Assembly (NCBI GenBank): GCA_023231475.1
Contig: JALJEE010002582.1
Span: 1-64,000 of the forward strand
Length of the DNA stretch: 64,000 bases
Direction: 5' to 3'
From: Seison nebaliae
Lineage: Eukaryota
Shown: positions 25,880-39,321 of the stretch, one piece after another
Numbering within the stretch: the first letter of the stretch is position 1
Layout: each line of letters starts with the position of its first letter
The notes under the pieces: generated by a model
Told to the model about the DNA's origin: nothing
The model's input: only the letters and a program-made list of their open reading frames with translations
Database searches by the model: none
Position numbers and translations under genes: made by a program

Positions 25880-28800
25880 TCTCTATCATCCAATTTATCT
25901 ATATATAATTTTCTTTCAATTCCCAATTTCTTTTTATTAATAAAATTCTTTTTTTTTCAAGTTCCAAATTTTTTTGAAGGAAAATTAATCGGAAATCGTA
26001 AGAAACAATTGGGCAAGCGCTTCCTGGAGATCAGGAAGTAAGAAGATTTGGTTGAATTATTGAATACAATTTCTAAATTTCTTCATTCACAATTCATTAG
26101 TTTATTTCTTTTTTCATATATCAGTTGGAATTACCATTCACCGTAAGTCAGATAGCGAAGAATATAAAATTCAACATAAATGTTCTCTAATTTGCTTCTC
26201 TTTCTGACATTTCCGTTCAGTTTAACTATATGATAATATTTCTCGATCGACACCTATATACTTATTTCTTTCTTTCCAATATAATTTTCTTTAGTCTGGT
26301 CATGAAGAAAGATAAAAATAGAAAGAAAGGATAGAAATGATGTTTGAAAGAAAAATATTAAAATGTTTCACTAGACACGAAACTTTAATGTTACATCTGA
26401 ATACTGAATGAGCAAATTTTGCGGAATATTATTCATAAATTTTTTATTTTTTTTCCGTGCGACGGAATCTCCAAAAAAGTATTTGTATAAATTACATTCA
26501 TTCTTTCGGTGTTCATCGAAACATTATCGATTTGTTTTATATGATTATGTTTACCATTCTGTTATGTATCATGCCAAATATACTTGAAAAAATCTTGTAA
26601 TATTGATAAATTTGAAACAGAAAGGAAATTGAATTAATAGGAAATATTTTTCTCATTATTTTCCTCTCGTAAACATTAGTATAAACTTAGAGGAGTCGAT
26701 GAATAATTACATTGTACAAGAATTGTAGTCCATAGGCAGAATGAAGTTAAGTTAGAGGATTATGGACCTTCCGCTTCATTACTTGACGAATTGACCGTCA
26801 AAGCAAAAGTTAAAGGTGAAGATTTACAGACTACTAATTGGGCAAGCTAACTCCAATGACATTAGAACCTGTAAATTGGAAATTGTGATTAGAAATTAAT
26901 GTACAAATAAATGATTACATTTCATATCACGCCATCTATGGGAATGTCTAGTAGAGATTCAGGTTGGAATTTCAACTCAAATTTGCATGCAAATTTAAGA
27001 AAATATAGTTTTCTCAATGAAAACGTTTAAGATTCTTTTTCATATTCAAGAAAATAAATATATTGTTACGAATATTGAACGTGGATGATTGAATGTGTGC
27101 AAAGTGGACCATTGGTGCCTAATAATAAGCGCAAGTTACATTCAGAGGTTATTTATTTAAAGAATAAATAAGATTTCTGATTAATGAAGTTACGTCATCA
27201 TATAAAATAAATAGAATTATTCAACAGAATAACAAAATAATTCGGTTTGAGAATGGATTATGTTGAAAATTGAAGATTATAAATAAAATCTATGAGAAGT
27301 ATGCAGTGTGAAGTGCTGATGTTTATACTCAGCACCTTTTTCAATACAAATTAAAATCATGAATAGAATTGAACTGCTTTAATGAATTACTCTTGCCACT
27401 GGATGCAGTCCAAACAATGACCATATGTCCACCATAGGTTATCGAACTTCATATGGTTTTAAGTTGAATCTGCTTTTCAACATATGTCATCACTTTCGTG
27501 AAATTAAACTCAAACATTTTTTGAATTTTTATGAAAATAATTTGGAATTTAGAAATTTCACCCGAACTATTAGTATCTTCATGAAAATTAATTTGAACGA
27601 ACCTGAAAAACAAAAAAATCATATACTTGGTTAGTCACCATATTAATGATGTAATGGACTTCGAATAAGTCAAATTATAATTGTATAATCGGCATTTTTT
27701 ACGAAGTTCCTTTTTAATTAGCTGCGGAAAATATTTTGATGCCAAACAAAATTTGTTGTAAAACTTCCATTTTATTCTTTTTATAATAAGAAAAATTAAT
27801 AAAAAAAATTTATTTCATATTAAATCTTAAAAATTATCTACAATTTTTCCTATCTTGTGATTTCCTATCTACATTCACTTATGAATGAGGTGATTGTGAC
27901 AAACTTAATGAAATCTAATGGATGTGAATGTCAGCCAAATGGTTTTTTTTAAACTATAACAAGATAATTTATGAAAAAGATTATTCATAATACAAAAACA
28001 GGATATGTGTTATTGTCCATATTATGTCGGTTGTTGGAGGTTAGAAACATTTTTCTTCTCATCTCAACTTGTCAATTCATTTTACTTCCAAATAAGTTAG
28101 AATAACAATGCTGCGTAATGTATTGAGCATTAGTATAACTCATTTTTTAAAGGAAAAGTGTCCAAAAGTTATGGATGAATAATGATATATAGCTAACATT
28201 TCTAGAAAGATGTATATCAAATTTCGAGATATATATCTGAAGTAACTGTAGAGTAACTTACTTTAAGATATTAGAAATTAATATCTTACAGTTAACTACA
28301 GCAATCGTTAATATCATAATAAGTTGATAATTCTCATAATTGTTAGATAATAATTTTTAAACGTTTAATAGTCATTCTAATGAAATTCATCATTACTTAA
28401 CAGTAATTATTATTTGGAAAAATGTTCAATGATATTTTGAAGTAAAACTATTTCTCTATTAGAAGTTATGACTATTCTCGAAATAAGAGAATGTCTGTCA
28501 AACAAAAGACACATAACATTATCAGTACATTCCGAGATAAGATACATAAAATTATAATGTTAAATGAATGTGTAATATACAATTATCGTTATCTTAGCGG
28601 AATAATATAATTCCGAAATAATGAAAATAATTCAAAATATTTATTTTGTTCAACCATCATACTTCGACTCAAACTATTCTTGGAAAATAAGTTTCTCATC
28701 TTTTGTTGAGAGGCACAAGAACATTTTCTTGTTGCACTGATGGTAAAGAATTTACTATGTTAATCGGCTTATGGGTGTTTAGAATTCTTTGTTGTGATGG

Positions 28801-31800
28801 AACCTCTTTCGGTAAATAAGATGCCACAAACATCAGAAAAAAATAATTTTTCAAAATTCTTTTTTTTTCTTGAACAAATTAAGAGATATAATTCAGCCAA
28901 CTCGAATTACCCGAAATTCCTGATGGACAACATATTTTATAATTGCTGATCAAACTACCAAGAATTCTGGAGTTAAGACTATTTTTTATCAATCTTCTTC
29001 GGACTTTTGTTTTTACAAGCAAGTATTCCAATTAACAAAAGTGTTATTTTTTCACCATAATTATTGGTCGCCTAATATTCTATTTTTACTGCAAAGTTAA
29101 TAAACATTCCGATCAAAATGTATTGTGACTGCATGGAATTTTCTGACTTTTCTCACCTTCCCAATTATTATTCGTTATTATCATGCAAACTGAAAGAAAT
29201 GATGAGCAACTTAATAAGCTATCTAGATTGCTGAAACGAAATACTAACAAAAGAACAATCTAGCTTCATTTTTTTACTTACATGAAATTTCATCTAAAAC
29301 TTGATATAGAACATATAATATCTAATATAACGAATTATATCATTCTTTTCTATTCATATACTACATTTCTGATAATTTTACTGTTTCATAAAAGAAATTA
29401 ACTAAAATGGACATTTCACTTATTTTCCAAATACTAATTCAATTTTCCATTTACTTACATTATGAGAAGATTTGATTTATTTTATCTGAAATAGGTGACG
29501 AATAAAGTAGCAAAATAGACTTTATTGCTCAGTTGATTTCAATTGTCATCTTTTAAGTTACATGAAAAAAGGAAAAATATTTAGAAATAAATGTTAGCAG
29601 ACAAATAAATTTTAGGTCCATAATTCAGTTAATTAAATGATGATAATAATATAATAACTGAAGTTAATTCAAAAACTTTCATAAAAATGAAATTAACCAT
29701 CATTTTAACTTAAAAGGTTATTCCATTCTTTCAAGATAATAAATCCAATTCTCTTTTGGAATTCTCGTATGAATTCCTATTTTATTACACCTCGAATTTA
29801 GGTAAACGACTTATGTAAATGCACAAACCATTTAAATAGTACTGGAGGAATAACATGGTATTAGTAACCAAAATTTGGTCACTTTTTACTGGATAATGGT
29901 GATAGTATACCAAATTAATTCTCCATTAAATCCCTCATCAATTAATAGAGGTATTTCGATACAGTGAGTGATATTTATCTTAAAATTCCATGACCATAAT
30001 TCTACGTTGTGCGAATAGATTTGATACATTTCCTTATCTTGCTAGAAACGATCAAATGACAGTTGATGAAATGATTGTTTACATGAATTCTTTAAACTAT
30101 TAAAATTTACTTTTGCTGTTGTTTATTTTTCTTTGAAGAAAGAAATTCTTTCTTAGCTTAGACTATTTCTGATAAATAGTACTTGTTCATATAAAGACTC
30201 ATTTGGACTATAGTTAGATAGAAGAAAAACAATTTCTCCAACTGAATCATGATATGTTGAATGAGAAGAGGATCACCTAAGGAAATTTTTATATCTTCAT
30301 CCTTAAATTTTTTCTGTTGGAATTCTATGCATTTATTTACCTAAAATATGATAGTCGTAAAATATCAAGAAAGTTAAATATTTTTTCCAAAGTAGATTGC
30401 ACTTCTGATATTGACAAAATGAAATGACGGGAAATGCGAAACATAATAATAATAAATCGCTTGACAATATAGATTCACATGTTTTTGAAATGAGAAGAAA
30501 CCTGAAAATTTTTTGCTGATGTTATTTTACTGATAAGAATTATTTTTATATCTGTTATTTAACTTAAAATCCATTTAGGTCAATGTTCAATAATTTGAAA
30601 TAAGGAAAAAGAATTAATAATCGAGACCGTTCAACATATAAGGAGAAAGAATGTTCAATTGAAAAGTTTGATAATAAGTTTCTTCTATGGTGTTAGGAAG
30701 TAGAAGATTACAATAATTACAGGAGAAATTGATGGAAGTAACAAAATGTTAACATTGTTCATATGAGAGAGATTTTATGTTTTGGATGAGACCAATAAAC
30801 CATTTGACTAACAACAGTGAAGAATGTGGAAGATCGGTGATGGAATACATAAAAATTTAGAGAAAATGGACGATAACTACCTAATAGTTATATTATATAA
30901 CTTATATTTATATTACTTATTTTCTTATATAACGATTATAAGATCGATTTATTGCCCATGCATAAATACTAATGCTAATGGAAACGAACATAGTAACTCG
31001 TACAAATGACAATATAATATGGTAAATAATTTAACTTTTCTCGAAAGCGAAAGATTTTTGATGTAAAATTCTCTTGACAGTTGAATCTTTCTCAATCGAT
31101 ATTTGATTAGATTACTTCATTATTAATAATCTTATCATTAACTCAATCATGATAATCATTAAATTATCATAATCCATATCATCATTGAGAACCGATGATG
31201 AATGAAAAATTTTAATTTCGAAAGTTTAACAAGTTTTGATTATAGAATTGTTAAAGTGATAAAAGAAAAAACACGTTTAGAATGAGACATGAGAATATGA
31301 GAGAATTAAACAATGTTTAAATTAGACAAATAAAAACGAAAAGGAAATGTTAACTAGGAAAAGAACCACCATAAACGGACTGTCGGAAAGGAAATTTAAT
31401 AAAATTAATTAAATCATTATCATGCAGTTAGTTGTATGTGTGATGAAAGAAAATGTATAAAATTATAATTTTAAGTTCTGAATGGATGAATGCACAAAAT
31501 TTGTTCATTCCAAATTTCGTCACATTTCTTATTGTGAAGAGACAAAATCAAGGTTATTTGACAAAAAACACAAGCGAACATTCTTCTTACTTTATACAAC
31601 TTTCTTCTGGAGCATAATAGAGCATTTTATAATGGGGTGGTCTGCCAACAATATGCTTCATGAAGATGTACCTTCTTTGTAGTTGTAACAACGAGGAACA
31701 TATTGGATAAGAATAAAGTAAAACATATTCATCATTCTACTTCATCAATCTTAATCTTTTAATATGAAGAAGACGTATTACGTCGGCAAGATTTCGGGAA

Positions 31801-33779
31801 TCTTATGTACGTTGACTCATCAGATTTGAGCAACTATATTTGTCAAGTCTACGATATACGTCAGGGAATTATTGATTAAATCATTACAGACCAAATATGA
31901 AGTTTTTGGTTATTTGTCTATGACGAATGATGAAGGTGTTAGCAATTCTTGAATTCGTATCCCAAAAGACCTAAAACAAGATAATTAACAATGTCGAAAA
32001 AAGGTGTTCCTTTGCTTCCGATCGTCTGATTAATCTTATTTTCAGGAAAAAAACAAAAGAAAAAATTTCATGATTATAATTCAATTAAGTACGTTAGTTT
32101 TAAGGTTGGAGAAAGAAATTTGTTGATTGGATTCATTCGAATTTATTGTTATTTCCCTAAAGTTGATCTCTTGATAATTGAAAACAACCTTTTGTTGTTT
32201 TTCTCTTGAACCCAAAATAATTATTGTTACAATTCGATAATTATTATAATCTAACCTTACTTAATTTTTATTAATTGACACCTAAATATGTTGTAACAAT
32301 GAAACATTTTTAGTTATAAAGAAGTGCATTGGCTAATCCTAAATAATCAGAGAAGTGTCTTCATTTGAAATTTTATTTACGTCTCAAAATTGACAAACAT
32401 ATAAGGCGATTAATTTGTCTTAAGTCGTGTCCTCTTTAATCCCGTTTGAGTGTAAATATTTCATATCTTTTATATACTCCATAGCAACCAAAAGCATGTT
32501 CGCTGCTAAAAATATTTCGCTACTAAAAAACCAATTTTTGGAGTCTTGTAGCGTTTCTAGTTAATATCGAATTAAAGAACGATGATTTCCTTCATTTAAT
32601 TTGAGCATTTGTATGGTGGACTAATCATCAACGGAAATGTTAATATTAAAAAGAAAATAAGTACAAAAAATCTCAGACAAAGAGGAAAAGAAGAATGGAC
32701 TGCTCGACCTCATTTGTCTATTGGCTCCGCCAGAGAACGGAAAGTAAATTAACCAAAATAATTAACCAGGTCCGGTTGGTCGTAACAAGGAGCAGTCATA
32801 TAAGAAATAAATATTAATAAGAACAAATTTAAGAGAAAACCTTTGAATAATACGATAGTAAATGATATGAAATCAAAGTACATAATAATATTAATAAACA
32901 TCTCACGTGCAAATAAGACTATTATGGATATTTTTCCCATCTAAATGATAATATCAGAATGATATTAGGAATTATCAAGGAAGGATGATTTATGTTTATT
33001 AATAATTTCAAATATTTACATTCATGTTGAGTAAATTAATAGATAAAGCCTCTGTTATTAGAGTAAGGACAATGGATGAAAATATTATCGCAACACGAAA
33101 TATTTCTGTTAGAAAATTGAAGATGAAAAGTCATTATTTTGGCCTGTTATTTCAGGTTCGTAATAATAAATTTATTATGATTTCGGTTACTTTTTATCGA
33201 ACGAAAATAGATTTTATATGAACTTGTTATCTTTATTTCGAAGCAGATCTTTCCCAAGGAATCATGGTTCCGTAGCGCATTAATAATTGCTGTCGATAGA
33301 AATCAGATATTCAAATTAATGTTCTTCTCATTAACTGAATCTCCTTCGTACACCTTTAAAGTCTCATAATTCGTTAACTTTACAGTTGGCGGAATAGTAA
33401 TCTTGTAATGATGTTTGATATTTCGGAAAGCGAATGCGAACTCTTATTTAATTAAAGGGAGTGAAAGAAAATCAGCATAATGTAAGATATGATGTGTGAA
33501 GGATTTTATCGGGGAAAATGGAAATTTCATCGAAACCAATGACACCGATATATTCATTAATGGCAGGTCATAGGCATTCGGTTAATTTGCATATGGTAAA
33601 TTTGGTATTCTACTATTTTGGTTGAAAATATAACCCAACTACTTCCGATACTTTCCATCTTCTGCATGTAATGAAGAAGAATTAATTAAGAGAGCGGACA
33701 CAAGTTAAATTGAATCCATATCCAAATCGAGAAAGAAGAGGAAGAGGCGTAAGAAACCGAATGAGTATTATTATAATTT

Positions 33780-35531
33780 TTATTTTATTTTCATTTCCTT
33801 TAACACAATTTGTGAGATGAATCCGAGTAGGAAAGCAGATATAACTTTCACTTCTAATATATACGTTAAACTTGCTCCATAAATCGTGAAATGAAGCTCA
33901 TGTTGTTGCATGTATCGTAAGAGGTAACGTCGTTCGTTTAACGGATAGACACATTTCAATAAACGATTTGATTCGGCATTCGTCTCCGAAAGAGAAGATA
34001 AGATAAGAAATAAAATAATCATTGGAAGCAGGAACATAAGAATTTGAGTCAATGTAGTTTCATTCCATATCCAGTAAACTAATTGCATAACGCACCATAC
34101 GATTGTGTATACTATCCATACGGCCAACCATCTCTGAAATTGACGAGATGCAATACGCATATTCGTTAAACATTTGTAATAAAAATATAATATGGTATCC
34201 GAACATAAAGTATGCTCACATCGCTGAGAAATATTCGTTTCATCTTGACCGACGACTTGAAAACATGACGAACACTTCAAACTTTTTTCTAGTTCGAAAT
34301 TTTTTGAAATTGCCAACAAGCAATTTTTATTAGTTTGTTTGTGATATTCTTCTGTTTCCGTCAAATAACCTTCTTCATTTCCATTATTTCCCTCGCTAAT
34401 AACATTATTTTGTTTCTTATCGTTAATTAGATAAAATAAATCTGTGACGTTATTCTTATTCTGTTCACTATTCCCAGTTTGATCGACAACCGTCGCTAAT
34501 TCATTATGTAACGACGAATTTTCAAAAACTAACTTGCAATGTCGTTTTCTAAGAAAAATGGTTTTGAGCTTCATTATATTTAAACAATCTTCATTCAATA
34601 CACGAAGAAGGATACGAATATTAAGAGTAAAAGTGCGACAAATTGATAATAGAGTAGATAAGACCAGAAAACTCCATAAGAGCAACATGAAAAGATAGAC
34701 GATCATACCGCTATACCACACGAAGCAGACGGGTTTTGCCGTATAACGACATATTATTGCTTCGTAATGTGGAATGATGTCCGTCGAATTACTCGTTTCA
34801 TTTTGATGATTATTGAAGAAATATGGATACATAGATGACATGAACAAAGTGGAGAAAGAAATTATGAGAATAATTAAGATGATGAGAATGTTAATTCCGT
34901 ATAACGATTTTACACGACGTTGAATGAGTTGGGATAGATGAGCACTAGTATAGATCCGATGAGCTAACGATTGTGTATACGTAGCAATTGTTGAAAATCC
35001 AACGAAAATTATCATGGAAAATGTTTGAATCAGAATTAGTTTCTTCTCCTCGTCAGAACCAGTTAACGCCAATTGTTTTATATACATGACCTGATGCCAT
35101 GTATTTGTTATGCTAATCGCTACAGCACTAGATAGCGTTAATGTGTAAAAAAAAGTTGATAAACATACTGCTAATTTGTTATGAATTGTCACCAAACTAA
35201 TTGGTCTTAATTGTAGATTGATGGTGCGATTTGGTCGAAAATGATTTCTAATCGAATTCGTCCCCCACCATACATATCTCACCAACCAACAAACATTTGA
35301 TGGAATGCGATGATAATCAACACGATACGAATTCTCCAATACACTAAATTGGTCGAGCGACCTATCTCGCGAGGATGATGGTCGATTTGTATAATATGAT
35401 TGTTCCGTATATACGATTCCCAGTAAAATATGAATAAAATCTAAAACACCATTTGAGATCGGTTTCGTTTTGTGTTTGTCGTCATCCTTCTCATCGAAAG
35501 ATAAAATTTGTTCTTTCGAATCATTCGTCAT
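33780..35531 (-). CDS. Multi-pass membrane protein, possibly gustatory-receptor-like (7TM ion channel superfamily), 583 aa
   Basis: About 7 hydrophobic segments, no signal peptide, large loop after the 4th segment, C-terminal FTIYG-x-L followed by a terminal helix. No rhodopsin motifs. Family assignment is inference. Confidence 0.6.
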   Translation of the reverse strand: MTNDSKEQILSFDEKDDDKHKTKPISNGVLDFIHILLGIVYTEQSYYTNRPSSSRDRSLDQFSVLENSYRVDYHRIPSNVCWLVRYVWWGTNSIRNHFRPNRTINLQLRPISLVTIHNKLAVCLSTFFYTLTLSSAVAISITNTWHQVMYIKQLALTGSDEEKKLILIQTFSMIIFVGFSTIATYTQSLAHRIYTSAHLSQLIQRRVKSLYGINILIILIILIISFSTLFMSSMYPYFFNNHQNETSNSTDIIPHYEAIICRYTAKPVCFVWYSGMIVYLFMLLLWSFLVLSTLLSICRTFTLNIRILLRVLNEDCLNIMKLKTIFLRKRHCKLVFENSSLHNELATVVDQTGNSEQNKNNVTDLFYLINDKKQNNVISEGNNGNEEGYLTETEEYHKQTNKNCLLAISKNFELEKSLKCSSCFQVVGQDETNISQRCEHTLCSDTILYFYYKCLTNMRIASRQFQRWLAVWIVYTIVWCVMQLVYWIWNETTLTQILMFLLPMIILFLILSSLSETNAESNRLLKCVYPLNERRYLLRYMQQHELHFTIYGASLTYILEVKVISAFLLGFISQIVLKEMKIK

Positions 35532-36270
35532 TTATTCAATGAGTTAATTTGCAAAGTAACTGGAAAATTAAATAAAATTTTACTTGATGGTTTCTCGTCT
35601 TTGGAATGAGGGTTTTCTTATTTCTTCATTTCAACATGACCATGGGAATCGCTTTAACATTTAGATGATGACACTTTCTTTTTTAATTTTCTTAATTTTT
35701 TTACTACTTCAAATATTAGAAATTAGACACAATTTCATCGAATGGAAATTCTTTAGTGCGACTATTGTGATAAACAAAACGAATAATTTACTTGATAACA
35801 AAGTATTTTTGGGGCGAAAATAATTTTTAATTTTAAAATTATTTTCTGTTCCTCACAAAATAGAAGAGAGATTGAGAATTAATTATAGTTTAATTCGGAT
35901 TGAATGAACATGTGTTACTCTACCTACATGTTTGAGAGAGAAAGAGAATTGAGAAATTATTATATAAAAAATTTTATTTATTTACAATTTGAATAATTGT
36001 CATTATGAGTTATCATTATAATTTTTATGATGATTATGTTAATAAAATTTTCTATTAATTTATTTATTTGGTAATTTATTTTGGTGATAATTCTCAGGTC
36101 CATCCACCAATAGAAATGTAGTGAAAATGGAAGAAATGTGAATTGACTGAAAACTAATGATTTTTCAATAACTAGCTTAATCTGATGGAATAAATTGGAA
36201 GATTGTCGTTGCAGGAGAAAAATTGTTAAATGCAAAATTTTAATTGTTAGTTAGTCCTTTCAATTGACAG

Positions 36271-39028
36271 ATGACTAACCAACAATTATCTAAAACAATT
36301 ACTACGATTAATTCAGCTTTCATTATCCATTGTTACCAGGGCGGCCAAGTGCAGAAACTGAAGAGACTTCAACCGAAGACGCCGATTCCACAACGACCAA
36401 TGTTCCGTACCATCAAAAGTTAATTTTCCTTTAAAATTATGTTTTGTTATAGGAAATTCTCAAAAAATAACATTGTGAGTAGACGAGAAAGTCGATGCGA
36501 AACGTTTAATTAAAAGACAATCAGCAAATCGATGGCGTGAAAAACGACAACAATATGTAGAAGATTTAGAAGAAGATTTATTGTCGAATCAAGAGAAGAT
36601 TCGAGTTCTTCGTAATGTCGTCAGTGAATTGAATAACGAATTGAATGAATTGAAAGACAAGAAATTGTGTAAATGTTGTAAAAAGCGAGTGAATGATGAG
36701 CACCAGAAACACGAAGTAATTTCATCGACATCGGAAACAGTCGACACATCTAAAAATGAGATAAAAGAACTTACGGAAAAAGGGATGGTCGACGTATCAT
36801 GTCAGTGTTCAGTGGAAGAAGAGAAGATAATTAAGAGACCGAAAGAAAAGATAAAAAAACAGAAAAAATTATTGAAAATTGCAAAGAAAAAATCAATTTC
36901 CATCATACCATCAAAACGGTTACAAGACGAAGTCTCCTACGTCTTAGGAAGTGTCTCATCAGTTGACGAAGGTATTGAATTATGTCATAGTAATCGAAGC
37001 AATAATACAACAATAACAGCAACATCACTGAATTCTCCCAACGAGATATTATCGAATATTGATCAATCGCTATCTCCCAATTCATCTGCCAATCAACTAG
37101 TTCAACAAAATCATCATTCGATAATGAGAGATACTCTTCTCAATCCGAGAAAACGACAACAACAAATATCAGATACACCAGTTGTTGCTCATCTGAATTA
37201 TTTGGAGATGAACAAAATATTTAGTGGATCGAATTCGATCGCTGAACTTCAAATGAATCAGAATAAAAAACTACGAAATTCACAAATGGAGAATCCGAAT
37301 TGTGATTTCACTATGCCAATGACCATTACCGAATATCCAACATTAACATCGACATCATCGTTAGACAAGACAACAAATGAACAATTTCCAAATTATCCGC
37401 TCCCCGATAATCAATTAGATTTGATTGACGGAAATTTAGAACAAAATAAAAATAATGGCAATTCCATGAAGGATCTGTTCAATGAACCTCTCGTGAATGA
37501 TTTTGATCGAATTGATAAAAATTCTCAATGTTTCTCTAATGAACATTTTCTAGGAATTTCAAATGAGAATTATACTAAAATTTCATCTAATCCATTCCAT
37601 AATGAACCGATTGGAGAATTAGAGACGGATTTAGATATCGGATTAGAAACCACTCATATGGATGAAGTGGGAACAAGTTTGATGAATAATCATCATGAGT
37701 TGACAGAACCGAATTTCTTCGATAATTCCAACTACCTACCAAATCATTCTGATTTCTTTAATCGTCAATCTGATGGCGATCCATTCGGACAATGTCAATC
37801 CAACAATATTTTATATTCAAACACTGATGGTAATAATGATATTTTCCATTCGGATAATTTTGATTCTCTTCAATCTCATAATCTCCTTCCCATTTCATCA
37901 AACTCTAATAATAAAATGAATCAATTCCATTTCCTACCAAACGGAAATGAACGAGATAATAAGAAGATGTTGGCCTCATCATTTGGCTTTTTTGCTTTCG
38001 TCTTATTATCTGCTTGTTTCATAACTTTTTCTTATCACAATCAATCTGGTCATTCTAACTCCAATTTACTCATTCGGAAACGACGAGACATCTCTCATAC
38101 TCCTCACATTCCATCAATAAATCTATTAAATCGTAATTCCAGTCAACAACATAATCCTGATTGTAACTTCAACAATCATAGTAACATTCTCAATAAAGAA
38201 ACATCATCTTATTCGAATGATACAAATTATTTGGCGACGATCGCCATCAATTATTTAGGGAAATATTTATCATTAAATAATTTCACTTCGAATGAAGATA
38301 AATTGTTATTTCTTCTCCTACAAAGTAATACCTTACCAAATCTTCGGAAGGAATCGACTAATTTGGAGAAAATGTCAAACGATGACGTTCGTTTATTTAC
38401 TGATATTTTCTATTATCGTATACGGAAAATAATGAATCGTTCCTCTAAAAATTATATCAGTTATTTGACAAACAAGTTCATCTTTTCTATTCTCTTATAA
38501 TTCTAATTTTGAATTAAGAACTTTTAATGTTAATCCCACAAATAATGGAAGTAATTTGAAAAGTCTTGAAAAGAAATTTTCTGTTAATAAAAAAATAGCA
38601 AAACCATCAATATTACCAGTAGATACAATGCAAAAATTAAATTCCTCAACATCTCACATCACTTCACAAACGAAACGACGAGTAATTAAATTTGCTAAAG
38701 TCAAATCTGATGAAACGGCATTCATTCTACCAAATCCTGAAGTTTCTTTATTTTTAAAATTTTAATTTCATGAGAATTTTTTTTTATTTAATTGTAATAA
38801 ATATGGAAATAATTAGAATGTGATAATTAAAGCACCAACGGCATTTTCCAAAAAACATAAACCGGTTTTGAAAGTTCTGTTGCCATTGCAAAATTCCTAT
38901 TCGTCAGGTTTCCCAATTAATTCTCTTAATTGATTTTTGACCGATAGTTTCTTTTAGATGGATATCTCCCAATTCTGAAGATTAGTTGTACAATGTTCGA
39001 TTGGAGTATCATGAGAATCAAACCATAA
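36271..39028 (+). CDS. ATF6-like membrane-tethered bZIP transcription factor, 5 exons (36271-36418, 36483-38475, 38519-38741, 38817-38907, 38958-39028), about 841 aa
   Basis: bZIP KRLIKRQSANRWREKRQQYVEDLEEDLLSNQEKIRVLRNVVSELNNELNELK; TM helix MLASSFGFFAFVLLSACFITFSY. The spliced C-terminus DETAFILPNPENVIIKA...KPVLKVLLP...ILKISCTMFDWSIMRIKP resembles the ATF6 luminal DTFYVVS...HLLLPA...RPKMSIVLP...MMQIDC. The first exon is least certain. Confidence 0.7.
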
Positions 39029-39321
39029 TATATAGGATGGTAAAAATATTGTTTTTGATGATGTTGAATTCTCAATTTTTCATTATTTATTTATTTCACT
39101 TGTTCATTCATTTTGGAGATGAATATAAATTATTCGTCGATTATTCGGTAGTCTATACGAACAGATCGATCGAATTGTCATTGACTTGTTAAAAATAAAT
39201 CTCATATCGTTGTAGAAGAAATCTTCTGAATTTTGAAGAAATTTGATGAAATTGAAGGAAGATTAACAGTTCTCTTCCAATTTGAGTAGAATTCATCAAA
39301 TTTTGTTGATGTTATTTGAAT

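Noticed and set aside
29990..30100. QMTVDEMIVY peptide reminiscent of a piggyBac catalytic motif
   Set aside because: Single short match with no supporting flanking motifs or terminal repeats.
32480..32560. AATTTTTGGAG Sm-site-like motif suggesting an snRNA or SL RNA
   Set aside because: No recognisable U1, U2, U4, U5 or SL stem-loops or conserved boxes around it; the motif is expected by chance in AT-rich DNA.
33140..33450. Possible hidden minus-strand gene (PPTVK...VYEGDS followed by a GTTAAT..GACAG intron-like segment)
   Set aside because: Every splice phase I tried hits a stop within about 20-35 codons and gives no recognisable protein.
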